A stretch of 63,049 bases of DNA, filler included, from Hyphochytrium catenoides (lineage: Eukaryota > Protista > Hyphochytriomycota), in NCBI GenBank assembly GCA_900088475.1. It is 3 parts of 3 records of this genome, joined end to end, with 100 filler letters (N's around TTAATTAATTAA, not from the genome) between each part and the next. Parts side by side here need not be neighbours in the genome. Positions count along the whole stretch, not along the records: positions 30,970 to 61,296 come from FLMG01002451.1; 2 more parts are not named here. The stretch is one strand, 5' to 3'. Position numbers and translations under genes: made by a program. Below the pieces are notes generated by a model. The model had not been told where the DNA came from. It saw only the letters and a program-made list of their open reading frames with translations, and did no database searches. Positions 34,801-48,501 of the stretch are shown here, in pieces; positions within the stretch are counted from its first letter, which is position 1, and the number at the start of each line of letters is the position of its first letter.

Positions 34801-37800
34801 ATGCCCCTCTGCCCTTCTGCGAAGTGCTCCTACACGTAGTGGCAGCATTTCGTCCCATTGCTGGATCTGTTCTTTTCTCTCTAACTCTCCAGTTGCACAG
34901 AGTTCTGCCCGGCACCTCATCTAAACCATCATCAGAATATCGCTAACTATCCGAAGAACATGACTGTCAACAATTGAGGTTGAACGAAGGGACAAAGGGA
35001 GAAACACCAATTAGCAGAATAAAGAGACTAAGAAAGATTACTTAGTTATAGAAGCGTGTACACGAGACATGAGAGAGAAAGAGTGCTATAGAAGAGGAAG
35101 CCGATAGAACAAAGCTAAGCAACGAGGTGATATAATAGAAGCGCTAGATTTAGGTAAACGTTGACGATCAGGCCAAAAGAGAGAGGAAATCTGCTACTCA
35201 GGATTCGGTCAACAGGAGCTTGATGGCAAAGTAGAGCGGGAGTACAGGCAGTGGGAGGCCGAAGCCCTGGCGTTGGAAGGTATACTAAGAAGATAATAGA
35301 GAACTTTTAGGAGGACGGGAATTGACAGAGAGATAATGAGGGACTTCGAAGATAGAAAGGGAGAGGTGGGAAAGGGTTAGGGCAGATGTGAGAAAATGAA
35401 CAGCCCCGAGTGTCGCCAGAGAGAGAAGAGTAAGACAAAAGACAGAGAGTGTTGAGACTGATGGAGAAAAGAGGCCGAATAAAGCAGAAGCTACTGGGAG
35501 CGGCGGTCGCAAAACATAGGTATCAATGAACCTTTATAGAACGGCGGCCATCGCAAGATAGAAGGAAAGAAGGATGGGGGGTGCTGAGAACCCTGTCAGG
35601 AAAATGGGAGGGAAAGAGATATCCTAGCCCCTAAGGCAACAGAAACACGCGAAAAAGAGGGCAAGAAAAGGAAAATGCAGACGTGGAGACAATCTAAGAG
35701 ATGGTTAGAGGAAGAGCTAATTAGAGGAAGAGTTGAAAAGTATTGAAACAGCAGTGTGGGGGCGTCCCAAGAAAGAGCGAACAAAAAAGAGCCTTTAAAG
35801 CGCTAACTCAGAAAAGGAGCAAGAGGGTCAGCGTTCGAACTTGGCTAGGAGATAGGAACAACAGTGGTCAAGAAGGAGAAAGGCAGATGCCAGATGAAAT
35901 GAGAGCTCGAAGCGGGAGCTTCTGAAAACTAAGCAGAGACTGAGATACTGGGAAGCCGTCAAGGAGGAAGGCTAGGCAACATCGTTGACCGTTTGTTCAG
36001 TCCAATAATATACTGAGAGGAGAGTATTGCAGGGAAAGCAGGGAACTTGAGGTATAGAGGACGGCCCAGACGGCGTACTAATGAGCTCTATATACATAAA
36101 AATGTATGACACAAATGGCAGAGAGACTAAGAGGACAGAGGATGGCCTGACAGGAAGAGAGGGGGAGCAAGCAGCGGAGACAGCCAGGAGGACGGGAACA
36201 GGAGGACGGGAGAACAGAAATTTAAAGGACTAGAAATATATATAACTATAGAGAGAGAGAAAGAGAGTTACTTGCAGAAAATTGAAGACAGGCAGAAACA
36301 AGAGAAAGAGGGAGAGCAAGACTGAAACAAGAGATGTAGATGAGATGCTGTACGGAGCGAAATACGGCAGAGTGAGGAAGGAATAAAAAAGACGACAGAG
36401 GTTGGGCAAGCAATTAAGACAGCCGTCCTCGACAGCTTACCGTTAGGAAAGAGACGGTCGGCCAAGACTCTATTGACGCCTTCCTCCCGGCAATTATTCC
36501 CTCTAGAGTCTGCTGCTCTTTAAAGTGTCGACGGCAGCAGGCAGGACGACACGCGGCAGGTGAAAAGTAAACATAGAGAACAGAGCGAATGTACATTCAG
36601 AGAAGATGTTATTCGGAGCGCAAGCTAGAAGTGGAGAGGGCAATCAACAAGAACGCGGGTGGAAGGCAACCTGTGACAGCTTTCGTGAGGCTGCTTCGTA
36701 GAATTAGAATAAATGACTATTGGAAGAGGGAGAATAACGCAAAAGACGCAATGGGCTGCAGAGCTGATTGCAGCGGTGCTTCGGAAAGGGATTAACTGAG
36801 CGAGTTTGATGAACACTCTAGAGGCTGCACGAAGAAGAGGAGTTGTAGTGGCAACTATTGATAAGCTACGCTTTTTGGTGTGTGTGGTGTACAATAGCTC
36901 CATCTCCTTGAGAAGCAGAGTAGCAGGAGACCCATACAATGGAGTACGCAGAGGAGAGCTTAGAGAGCAAGCAACAAGAAGCCAAGGAAGAAGAGGAGGT
37001 GGGACCCGCCTCAATAGCAACCAATACGTACGAGCAGTAGGGAGAAAGGTGTTCCTCTTCTTAGTAGTACTGATGGTCTCCCGTCCCTTTTCCTTTCGTC
37101 TTCTCTTTCCCACTCCGATGCACACTCACTGACTGATTCCTTTTGTCCTTCATCTCTCGCCTTCTCCTCCTCGCAGTGTCTCTCTATCTCCCACGCGCGC
37201 GCATTTTCTTGCCCTGTCGCCCTTCTGGTTAGCGTTCTCTATCTTTCCCGTCTCTCACTACCTATTTCCTCGCCCTCTACCATCCTTTCTTCCGTCAAGA
37301 AGTATTGCTCTGATATATGCGGTTGGTCCTTGTCAAAGAGAGAAAGCTTTAGGTTGCGAATGTTGTTTTTGCTTCTCTCACTTTCTCAATCTCTCCCTCA
37401 CACAAACACCTCCTCGCTCTTTTCCTTTTTTCTGTCTGTGTATATACGTGTCGTTGTCTTAACGTTCATGGTGCTTTTGTCATAGAATTAGGAAAAGAGC
37501 GGGCAAGGCGAGTTAAATGAGTTCCTCAATGACTTGAGGGATCTTCTCTCGTCTCAAAGAGAAGCATTGTCTGTGACAAAAGGGGAAAGTGAATAGGATT
37601 CAAATGAGGGAGGGAGCAAAGGGAAGGAGGAAACAAGGGAAGAGGAGAAGACAGAGAAGGAGGAGAACAAGACGAAAACAGAGCATCTTGATCCCTTTGC
37701 TGCTGCTCTCTCCAGAACGATAGCAAAAGTATTTTGAGGTAGTCAGCAAGGGGCTGGCATTTTCTCTATCTCTCTTCTTGGTAACAATAAACGATATTCT

Positions 37801-38970
37801 TAGCTCGCTTCACCTCCTCCTCTAGACAAAAGACCAGATAAGAAAGAGGGACGTACGAACTGGCGAGAGACAGAGTGGCAGAAGTTAGAAGAAAGGAAGA
37901 GAGACGAGAGAAGTGAGAGGGCACAATCAATCCCCTTCTTTCTGCGTTAGTATTCCCCTACTCCTTTTTGTCTCCTCCAAACCATCTAAATATGTCTCCA
38001 TATTGATCTTCCTCTTGCTCTCTCCACTGCCTTTCTCTTCTCACATTCTCTATCCATTTCCTCCCCCTATACCTCTTCCCCTCTCGTTCGCTCTTCTTTC
38101 TCTTCTCCCCCTCCTCTCCTTTTCCATTCTTCCATTATTTCACTCTCTCTATCTCTCTACTAGCAGGTCTGAAATACCTTCATTGGACATGAAGCGGTAG
38201 GGGATGCACGGAGCATGTTATGTCCCTTGTTTTGGAGGACAAAAGGACAAGCCTCCATCTTTCTTTATGTGCTCTCCGTCCTTTGACTCTTATACACGCT
38301 TTCCCCTTCGTCTTTCTTTTCCGGCCTCTTCAGGTGGCGAGAAAGACAAGTGTAGCAGAGATGACGAGAACAGAAACAAGAGAAGGCAAATAGATGGAAC
38401 CCAGTCTTCTTTAAAGACTTGAAAGAAAAAAGTTAAAGGAAAGACAGAGAGCAAAGAAGAGAGAGACCAAAGAAGAGCTAGAGCAAAGCCCCATCAGTGA
38501 TGTTCTTCCCTTCCTGTGCTCCCTTTTGAAAACCTTCTTTCACCCCATCAAGCAGAGAGAATCATATCGTGCACTTTTGCTCTGTTGCTGGAGTCCACGA
38601 TGAGGATAGGAGAGAAATGCGCCAAGAAGCGCATGGGAGAGCGAGAAAAGGTGAGAAGCAACGGAGACGAGGAAAAGAGAATGAGAAGTGAAAGAGAGAG
38701 ATCCCCTTTGTCTACTACTATTGGAATCATGAGGACCTGATCAGATTGCCTAGCAAGAGAAGGAACAAAGAGAAGACGATTCTCCGCTCTTACAGCACTT
38801 GACAACAGGGTTAAATGCGCATGGACCCTCTTTGAGAAACAAAAATACTGGTGACTAACCCTAGTTTCTCTCTCCGACTCTCTTGCTTTGCATTTGTTGT
38901 CTGTTCCGCAGTTCCCCTCTGATTTCCTTTCTCTGCGCGTTGCCTTCTTCTTCAAGCTTCTTATTGCCAT

Positions 38971-39342
38971 CTTGACCTCAACCCCGCTATTACATCGCCT
39001 TTTTTCTTCCTTGTCTCTTCATGTCTTCTCAATCTAGGCCTTTGATGTCCTCCATCGCCTCTCCTCTCTGTGCCTCGCTGCGTTTCTCTCTCTTTCCTCG
39101 TTTGTCTTCTCTTGTTTATCTTGGGCTTCTCTCTAGCATTCTTCCATCGCTTAGATGAAGTTGACGAGGGCTCCTTAATGCCTTCTTGACCTTAACCTCG
39201 CTATTAAATCTCTTTCTTTTCATGTCTTCTCACTTGATGTTCTTCGTCGCCTATCTCTGTGCCTCTCTCTGCCTCCCTCTCTTTTCTCTTCGTTCGTCTT
39301 CTAGACCTCTTGTTTATCTTTGGGCTCCTCTGTAGCATTCTT
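38971..39342. repeat. Diverged direct duplication of a ~160-170-bp unit
   Basis: CTTGACCT..CGCTATTA..TTCATGTCTTCTCA..TCTCTGTGCCTC..CTTGTTTATCTT..TAGCATTCTT at ~38971-39142 and ~39186-39342. Confidence 0.75.
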
Positions 39343-39985
39343 CTATCCCGCGCGCGAGCGAAGTGGGGTCAAGTGCAAACGCAGATGAGCTTGGCGAGGG
39401 TGTCGGGGTGGGTCTCGACGTCGGCCGCTCTTCCTGTCGTCATGGTGGAGCGCAGGCGTACCTTCTCTCCATCTAGTTGAATATTTGGCGCCTTATTCAC
39501 CATTCTATCTCTTAAGTTCTTGATCTCCCACAACATGCTTTCTCCTCCTGCCGCGTCGTAGGGTTGGCAGCAGTGAACCACGCAATACTCATAGGTGCCC
39601 GCACAAGCAGAAAAAATATCTTTCTCATTGAGGATCTTGTCAGGAACGAAGACCGCAGCTTTTTCTGCTCATGCCATGGTGGTCGGACGCGCGCAATCAA
39701 ACGTCTTTCCTCGCCTTTTATTCATTCTTTAGGAAAGGCCTCGTTATCTTCCAGGGGAGCAGGTAATAAGAGAAACAATTGGTTGGGCATTAGGAGTACT
39801 AGAGTGGAAATGCATAGAGTAAAAATAGAGGAAGTGAGAATCTATTTTAGAGGAAGCAGGAGGTGCAGCTTTGTTGTCACGCTGTGTCCAACAGCGATGC
39901 TTTTCTTCAGAGAGTCACAGGGTATTATGTGAGATGGGATAAAGGGCAACAAGGAGCACGAGACAAGTCACGTATGAATCAAGAA

Positions 39986-40035
39986 NNNNNNNNNNNNNNN
40001 NNNNNNNNNNNNNNNNNNNNNNNNNNNNNNNNNNN
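39986..40035. other. Assembly gap (N run)
   Basis: Run of about 50 N with no spacer. Confidence 0.95.
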
Positions 40036-40510
40036 CTGTCCATCTTCTGCTCGGCCACTGCTCTCTTGCTAGCAAAGATTCCTCAATGTAGCAGCTTTCT
40101 GTTAAGCGGCTCCGTTCCTTTCTCTGAATAGGTTCGTGTTTTATTTCTCAGCCTTAATCTGATGACGTAAAGTAGGTGGCCTTCGTCTTTGTCCTGGCGC
40201 CTTCGTTTTATGTGCTCGCTCCCAACAGCTAACTCCGGGAAGATGAACCTAGTAGCGCCATAGAAGAATCGGATGAAGAAAAGAAAGAATATATAAGTAA
40301 AGAGCTTGGCGTCAGTAGGGATATTCAATTTCGCGGAGATAGCTGTAGTAAGCGAGCGACAAGAGCACAGGCCAGGACAAAGCACAAGAGCATCTTGCCT
40401 CCAATCGGTCAGCAGTCGCATGACAGCGCAGGCAAACAGCCGAAGGAAAGAGAGGGCAAAGGGTAGGAGTAGGTGCAATATATATATATAGATATACTAT
40501 ACTTGGATGA

Positions 40511-40558
<48 letters not shown>

Positions 40559-43500
40559 AAGAAAGAGGAGACAGTGTGTGTGTGCCTCCCCGAGGAGGTC
40601 GAAGAGTAGTAAAGCCCGGAAGAAAATGCGGGGTTCTCGTGGATAGAACAACTCGGGCGACTCTCACGGTCCTACCGTAGCCATCATAAGCCGTGTCTTG
40701 GTTTCAGCAGTGGTCCCAAAGAAGCGCGAAGAATGGGAATAAAGTCCGCCTCGACAAAGCTCGCAAGACATCTTCTCAAATAGCATAAGTCCCTCCTGCT
40801 CGAAGCAGATGTATCACACTGCCGAGCTTTGTCAGCGATGGCTCCGTTCCTTATAATAGCCAGGACGAGAACGTCAGTCAGTCCCTTCAGGAGTTTGACC
40901 GATTGCGGCTGAGTCAGGTTGTTGTTGCACGGTTAGAAGATCCCATCATTGGAGCTCCACACCTCTATGAGAAAGGTTAGATACACTTCCACACCTACGA
41001 GACGACCACGATGGACGATATATTGATTGTCTTCAAGAGCTCAAGCACGTACACGATCAAGCATCAAACGTACGGCAATCCAGAGAGCAGCCATTAATCC
41101 AACCGCGTGACCCTTGACCGCCAACCACCACCTGCTGAATGCTCTTTTACCTAAAAAATGAACAAACAAGATAAAGCGCCCCTGCACCAATTATCGCTTG
41201 CGAAGGCTCAGAAGGCAGAGGAAGAACCTTTGTGCTGGGTGCGGGAAACGGGAATATATGGCTAACTCTGCCGATTAGTCGGAGCGTGGGAGAAGGGAGG
41301 CGAAGAAGGACCACACCAGCTACCTGGTCGAACCTCAGGGGCGCTTCGAGGCTTGGTGGCACTTGGAAGGTGGCCGGACGTCGCTTCAGGCACTGAAGCG
41401 TCGGTGGGTTGATTATCTATGGGGGATATTAGGTTCTCCTGGCGCGGTTAGAGGATGGGGCTGCCTTCGCGCCTCAGCCTCAGAATTGCTCGGTCAGCCT
41501 CATCAGCCTCTACAGCCTGCCCAGACTTAACACAGCGGCAACGGAGGATAGGGGAGGCACAGCCGGCTGCACCTATTCGACGCAGCAGGAACAATCAGCC
41601 GCCCGCCCGCCCTTTCTTCGCTGTGCCAAACCTACGTGCGAGGAGAGAGTATGTAGTTAATTTGTAGTCGTGGCTGGAAGGAGTTCTCAGCTCTTGTTAG
41701 TTAGCTTAGTCCTTGTGAGTTAGTCGTAGAATTAGGACACGACGGCCATTATTAACCAGGCCAAGAGCCTCTTCGCGCTTGACCCAGCTAGGCGGCAAGG
41801 AGAGCTCCCAGTCTAGTAATGTCAAGCGCTAGTTTGATCCTCCAGCCAGAGGCTAATATTCATCTGCATGCTCTGTCACCTCATCCGGGTGAGCAGACGT
41901 TGAAAGTGGAGTGGGTACGCAGCAGCCATATGGTTGTTTTGACCCTTCAACAAAAGAAGGTCCTACGAGGTCGAAGAGCTGTTGGACCTCCGCTTCGCTA
42001 GGACCGGAGGACTAGAGGGCTTGTTATGGACAAGGTTTGCTTCTAACTGAGGCCCCCACGATTCCTGACTACTACTAAGGAATCCGCTGATGGATGCCTT
42101 TAATGCTATCTTCTTGAAGACCATGCTGCTTCGGTAGCTGACTCTCTCACCAGTACGAAACTTTCCTTACCTTCTATATATTTATCTGTTAAGTGCTCTC
42201 GTGCGTCGAGAGTCTCACGCGCCCTCTCTCGCCGCGAAGTCCTCCCTGCGCAGTGGTTGATCTGATCTAAGGCCTGCCTGGCACAGCCAAGGTAAAGAAG
42301 AAGCATTTGTACACTCTCGCTCGTGCAATTTCAATACCTCTAACGTACTCCCTCAGTTCTGCTTGCGCTCTCAACGACCTTCTTAGCTGCCCCTCTTCCT
42401 TCCTCTCCCTAGTTTTCTCGTTGTTCCTCTTTTTTCCTTCCTGTCTTCTTCCAAATCTCTCCCTAATCCGTAGTACCACCTCTTTCTCCTCCCCCAGTGC
42501 CTATCCTTCACCTATGTGCCTTCATGGAGATAGATACTCCCCTTCCCTCGTGCAGTCGCTCATTCCTATCCCCTCACATATCATAGAATAACAATGACTT
42601 TCCGGTCTTCATCTATGCAATAGTGGATGTCTCTATGAATAGAAGCTGGGGATGCTTGACTCTGCTTCTTTTCCCTCTGGTGAACAACAGCGGAGGTCTA
42701 CTAGCTCTAGGAGCAGCAGTAACAGTCTGCTAATGCACGAGAAGACCATCACCTTCCGGGTGGTCTCTCCGTCGTCCCCCTTCTGTTTCTCTTCTTTTCC
42801 GCGCTTTCTCTCTCGGTACCTCCCTCTCTATCCTATACTCTCTCTTCCTCTCTCCTTGCCTCTCACTCCCACGAGGACGCTGACAGGAGAAGTGCTAACG
42901 GCACCAAAGGGAACCTGAAACGTCAAGGAGAGTGGGAAAGGATGGAGAAACATTGTTGGGTCAGTAGCTCAGGACCTCGAATAGAGTAGTAGAGTGGTGA
43001 GCAGATGGTGAGCACCTCCATTGCCGTCAGTTCCTCCCATGCTAGTAGCTTCATGAAAACTTTATAACCTCTCCCTCCCTCCCAATTGTCACTCCTGAAC
43101 GTCTGCAGCCTACCTTTGAGGCCAGTTCGAGATCAAACGGTTCCAAATCCAGGGCTATGGTCTCTCGGCGAGTCTCTGTCTTATATGTACCAGCTCTGAC
43201 AACCGCTAACCACGTGACTGCGCGCCGGAAGGATGAGCCGGTGTATGGGATACGACCTCTCCTCTTTGAAAGTACGCTCAGGACGGGTAGTCGTGACAAC
43301 AAGAGTCAACGAGTGGCTCTCGAGAAGGATACTCTCTTTTCATTTCCCTTCTTCTCTCTTCCTCTTTGCGGGCTCGTAAAGTAGCCTCTTAATTCAACCT
43401 CTCTTGCATGTTATCACTTTTAACTTTGTATCATGAGGCAGACTAACTCTCTCAAGGGAGACTCTCTCTTAATAAGTCAGTTAATAAACTTCTCTTCTCT

Positions 43501-44060
43501 AAAATAGAAGCTGTTGTTACTGTCCTCCTTTGGGTGGTGATTGTCTGATCTGAGGCCTGGCCAGCCAAGGTACATACAAAGCACCTTCTCACTCTCCTTC
43601 AAGACCCGTCATTTTGGTACCTGGTTTCCAGATATGGCCAGGTTATAGTAAGAAAAGGAGGTGCGACAGCGCTTTCCCCTGCCAGGAAGAACAAAAGCTT
43701 TGGAAGGAGTAGCCGGGTCAGCGAAAGAGCAACAGACTGAAGCGGCCTGGATGAGCAATACCACAAAAAATTGACCTGCAGGTGGAACGATGATGGCACA
43801 AGCAAGAGGAGAAGGAAGGGAGGAGACAACGGGAAAGAGACCAAGCAAAAGTGAAGAATCATGCATAGTGACTCCTTTTCTGGGTTAGCATATACTTTAT
43901 AAGGATTTACTCGTCGACTGATGATGATAGATGCTTTAGCGCCCACTGAGCGTCACATACAGATTGAATGATTCAAACAGCGGGAGCAACCCTAACAACC
44001 CTCACAGTACATACATACGAGTAAGTACTTGATGCCAAGTAAGAGAATGTGCGACCAGGA

Positions 44061-45284
44061 TTATGCCGAGCTAGCTGCTGGACCAACCGTCTCAACCTGC
44101 GACTGCTGCTCCTTGTGATGTGCTATGCAGTGGGGTCCGATCTTGGCGTATCGCGAGCAGTCACCCATGGCACACCTTGGGGTCTTAGCGCTTGCTCCAT
44201 GCTCCATACAGAGACCTCTACCTTTTCTAGCGTGAGCTTCACAGCCATCTATGCTACACATGTTGACTTTTGCACCGTGTGCGATACAGACGCCACCCCT
44301 GACAGATCGCTTTCTGCAGCCAAGCACATCGCACCGCTTGACGTAGGCGCCGTGGCCCACACATATACCACCCTGAACAGCCTTCTTAGTGCAGTTATCT
44401 ACGCTGCAAAGTCGCTTCTTCGCCCCATGAGTAATGCACGCACCACCCTGTTGCACGTACTTTTGACAGAGAGGAACCTTGCACTTTTGTCTCTTCTTCT
44501 TCCTCTTCTTCTTCTGCTGCTGTTGCCGAACTGGTGCTGAACCGTCCGGGAAGCCCTGCTGAAGACCTGAAACCTTATGTGAGAAATGAGGCCTATTGTA
44601 TATAACCACCGAGGTTGGTGATGGCCTTAGTATACCTCCTTTCGCATCTTGAGCATGCCAGGAAGAAGCTGGGGTCGCGGACGAAAGAGAGGAGGAAGAG
44701 GAGGATGTAATACTCGTGTAAGGATGGGTGCTTCCTCGCATAATAGGTCGTTCTTGGAGTGACATTGATGATGAAGAATGAGCAGGCTCAGAGAATGGCG
44801 AGGCAGCTGCAAGATGTGGGAATGGCTGCCCTTCTCTTCTGGAGCCTGTCAGAGACTGTGCGCCAAGGAGAACATCTCTGCTACTGCCGCCCAGACTGCG
44901 GCTGCTGGTAGATGGCTTCTCCAAGGGATAATAATCGCTGACAGATGAAGAATAATAAGAGAAGGACGAAGTAGAAGACCGCCCTACTTCCTCCTCTCTG
45001 TCTTCCCGGCTCTGGCTTCTTTCGCGAAACATCAGACCTGGTATAACAACTTTCCGCCGCTGTCTATTTACTAGAGCGGAAACTGCACCTGCCGCTGCAA
45101 TGTCCTCTCTGAGAGCCTGTGCTAAGTGCCTCCGTGCAGCAGTGATAGTAGCAGGAGAGAGGGTTCGGGGCTCTCGGCTCCGCTTCACAACAGGAGACGT
45201 CAGAGAAGAAGTAAAGACGCAGCCCTTGTTGACGTTTCCTTTACTCTGGCGAAAGTGTTGCCCCGAGGGTTGACAGCTCAGCAT
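44061..45284 (-). CDS. Zinc-finger-repeat protein (WRKY19-like CCCH repeats x5), paralog A
   Basis: 407-aa ORF with a Ser-rich N-terminus, a basic patch KKKRKKKRQK, then five C-X4-C-X9/10-C-X2-H repeats such as CSVDNCTKKAVQGGICVGHG. Confidence 0.82.
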   Translation of the reverse strand: MLSCQPSGQHFRQSKGNVNKGCVFTSSLTSPVVKRSREPRTLSPATITAARRHLAQALREDIAAAGAVSALVNRQRRKVVIPGLMFRERSQSREDREEEVGRSSTSSFSYYSSSVSDYYPLEKPSTSSRSLGGSSRDVLLGAQSLTGSRREGQPFPHLAAASPFSEPAHSSSSMSLQERPIMRGSTHPYTSITSSSSSSLSSATPASSWHAQDAKGGILRPSPTSVVIYNRPHFSHKVSGLQQGFPDGSAPVRQQQQKKKRKKKRQKCKVPLCQKYVQQGGACITHGAKKRLCSVDNCTKKAVQGGICVGHGAYVKRCDVLGCRKRSVRGGVCIAHGAKVNMCSIDGCEAHARKGRGLCMEHGASAKTPRCAMGDCSRYAKIGPHCIAHHKEQQSQVETVGPAASSA

Positions 45285-48200
45285 GATGTCATTGGCAAGT
45301 CTTTTCTACGTTGTAGGCTGAGATAGTTGACGTCGTCGCTGCTTTGGATCCGAAAGGGAAATAGGAAAATGTGTAGAGGAAGAGTTCTTGACGCGCAGCA
45401 GAGGGACAAGGGATGGGCGGTGTAATGATGGACGAGTTACTGTGACCTTAGGCGGCTCTCTCCCTGCTGCATCCCTCTGCTCACTGTTTGGCGCTTGGCG
45501 ATGACGGAGGAGAGTGTGGCAAACTGTTGATGATGGCCAGGACTGAAGAGGGTAAGAAAAGGAGGAGCAATAGTATGATGGCCCTCTGCCAGTGCTTCTA
45601 GCACTCAGAGACAAACAGGCCTCATAGGATGATGGGAAACGGTCATAGAAGAGGGAAATTATGTGATCTTTGAGGCTCCAGGTGGGGCTGGAGGGTGAAT
45701 GTACTGAGGCAAAAAAGGGGGGAAAAGTAGGTTCATAGGAAGCTACAGGTAGTGACAACCCAGCGTGCTGTTGCCATTATGGCACCATACAGTTAGTAGA
45801 AGTATAGAACCTGTACAGCCTAGGGCAGCATAGTTTTGGTGCGTTACACCTACATCACTCAAGGGAGGAGGAATAGCGACAGGAGATGGTGGGTTGAGAG
45901 CAAAGACAGAGTATAAAAGCGTGGAGACAGTATTTCATTTTACTGGTTGTAAGACAGGATCCTTGGAATGATAGATACTCAGAAAGTGAAGAGTGACAAG
46001 CGGGGGAAAAAAGGTGGAAATGGTCATTTTTTGAGTGACGTACAGCAGGAGTATCTGGGGGTATCTTTCATTGTTTACAGGGACATCGGGGATCAGGGCC
46101 GGTAGTGCTAGATTATGCCCTGTAGACCGTCTCTTTCTCCAAACCCACTGTGATCATACCCTAGTCCCAACCTGAGAGGGAGCGTGTCAAACATGGGGAG
46201 CGTGGCAGAGCACCAGGTGAGGAGGGAGATGAGAGGGGGACCAGGCCTGGCTTCTAAAGAAAAGTGGTACTTTTCTGTAACCTTTTTATATAGAAAGACA
46301 GCATCAGCTACCATCTTCTATCTCCAAAGATGGGTCCAAAGGTGTGGGTAGGTCCAGTCAAAGCGTAACTTCGTCTATCCCCTCAGATTTGGTGCAGGAG
46401 AGTTGGATGGCTGTCCATTTGTAAGCAGGGCGTGGCAGAAGCAGGCTGCATAGGTTGAGGGGTGTGACGAAAGAGGAGTGTCTGGGTGTCGGCCACTGGT
46501 CAACATTGGTAGCCAATACATTGTCCAACCCTTTCCCTTTTCTTTATTAGGCCTGCTGGAACGATCACTGTCACCCTTCCTGAAGCTTTGGGGAAACAAG
46601 GGTCAGGAAACTCACAACTTCGGAAGAGATGGAAAGAAAGCAAAAGAGAAATGCCATCTCATCGTTCTTGGTTGTCCTTTGACCAATCAGTTCTTCCTGG
46701 CGAGGAATTGTGCTTCTGCACCCATAGTTCTATAATCGCTTTAGAGTAAGGCGGCACTTTAGTAAAAGGTCTTTGTTCTTTGCTTTTGTTCGTCGGTCTT
46801 GTCGTTTTACTCACAACCCTAAGAACTCCATCTGTCTTTGAGTATAGAACAAGGCTTGCAGAGGACCATCATCGGCAGTGTAAGCTTCCGCAGGAGGTGT
46901 GAAAGCTTTCACTGACATTTTCTATAGGAAAAGCCCGCGATCCTTTGAAATTTTCATCCCTGAAGGTTTCCCGTCATTGTGCATGTCCCCACAACCTGTG
47001 GCCCCTCGTCCTGGTATTCCCTCTTACTTACCCTCCTCCCTGTACTTGCATGTACGCCATGGCAGTAGCACTGCGTGGTGTACGTACCACCTCAGTTCCC
47101 ACTCGCTGCTGCGGCCTGGGTAGAAATCTTAGAGGAGGGCTTACAAAGAAAAGCAGCGGGTGATCTGGAGTTTATATTCCCAGTTGTCTCATCCGCCATT
47201 GTCCCACTGCTGTCCCTAGCGGTTTGCTGCACTGCCACTGCGGAGTTCACGTGAAGCTCGAGATTACTCATCAGCAAGGTAGGCACAGGGGGTGCTGGAC
47301 ACGTGCCCGAGGAGTGAGTGAGGCCTTTATGCAGAGAAACGGACGAATGAAAACAGAGGCAGAAACAGAGGGAAGGAGGAGGCCTAAGCTGGATAGAAGC
47401 TGCTTGAGAACAACGATGAGGGATGAGTCCGTTCGAACACTGTGATTAGAGCACAGCTGGGCCCGTACTACTCCACGAGAGTTTACAAAAGGTCCAAGAG
47501 ATTTTTCTTGTACTGTAACAGTGCTCGAGTGCACTTTCTGCGCTTGTTCCATGATGAGAGGGAACCAGAAGAAACAGGATCTCCGTACTCGTGATGGCTG
47601 TTAGGAGGCAGCACGCAGTATTAACCATACTAGAACCACTCTATGATGGAGAGAGGAGAGGTGATGTGTTATGGCTCTGATCTGCTTATTATTCTTAGCA
47701 GGCAGCTGCTCTATTATCGTTACATGGAAACTCCTGCTCCCTTTCTCTTACGCCCGCATCTCCCTTTGCTGTCTGAAGAGAAAAAGAGGAGAAATGTTAT
47801 TGAGGCGGCTTTCCTGCTGCACGGGTCTGTCGGCAGGAGGACAACACCAGTAGGGAAGAGATAACTGTCGGAACATTTCTAAAAGTAGGACCATAACAAT
47901 GGTTTTCTGGTGACAATAAATAAGGGCTGGTTATTAGTATCATAACTCACCATCGCACGCGCCAAGGAAGAGGTCTTCAGACCCAATCAGCGTCGTCAGT
48001 CGCCAGCAGCAGCAGCAGGGGTGATCTGACAGAAGACAAGCTCCTGCAAAAGATAAATAGAGAACAAAAGTGGTAGCCAACTATATCAACCTCCTAGGCC
48101 ATCACTTCTAGCTCTTCTGCTACCATTCTTCATTCTTGCTCTATTCTTCCTTCCATCTCATGCATTAGAATAGGCAGTTTGGCAGCGCCCTAACGACTAC

Positions 48201-48501
48201 GATGGTTAGAATACAGGCGATTGCTGTATCTACCTTATCTGAACAAAGGCTTCACTCACTCTTACACACACTGCCTCCTACTCCATATGTCTATCTAATA
48301 AGCTCCACTGGCCTCCTGATGAACAGTCCCAAGCGCCGTCTCATGTCTAACTTAAAAAGCATACACTTCTTGATAGAGGAGGTACCACGTCCTCTTAGTA
48401 GCAGGTTAACAAGAACAACGACCAGAGCACTTTGGTCAATCATAAAAGGACTCGACAACTGACGCTCCACTGAACTTTGTTCCAGCAGAATGGCCTTGGA
48501 A

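Noticed and set aside
43985-44003. AACCCTAACAACCCT as telomeric repeat
   Set aside because: Fewer than three imperfect units; chance occurrence is likely.
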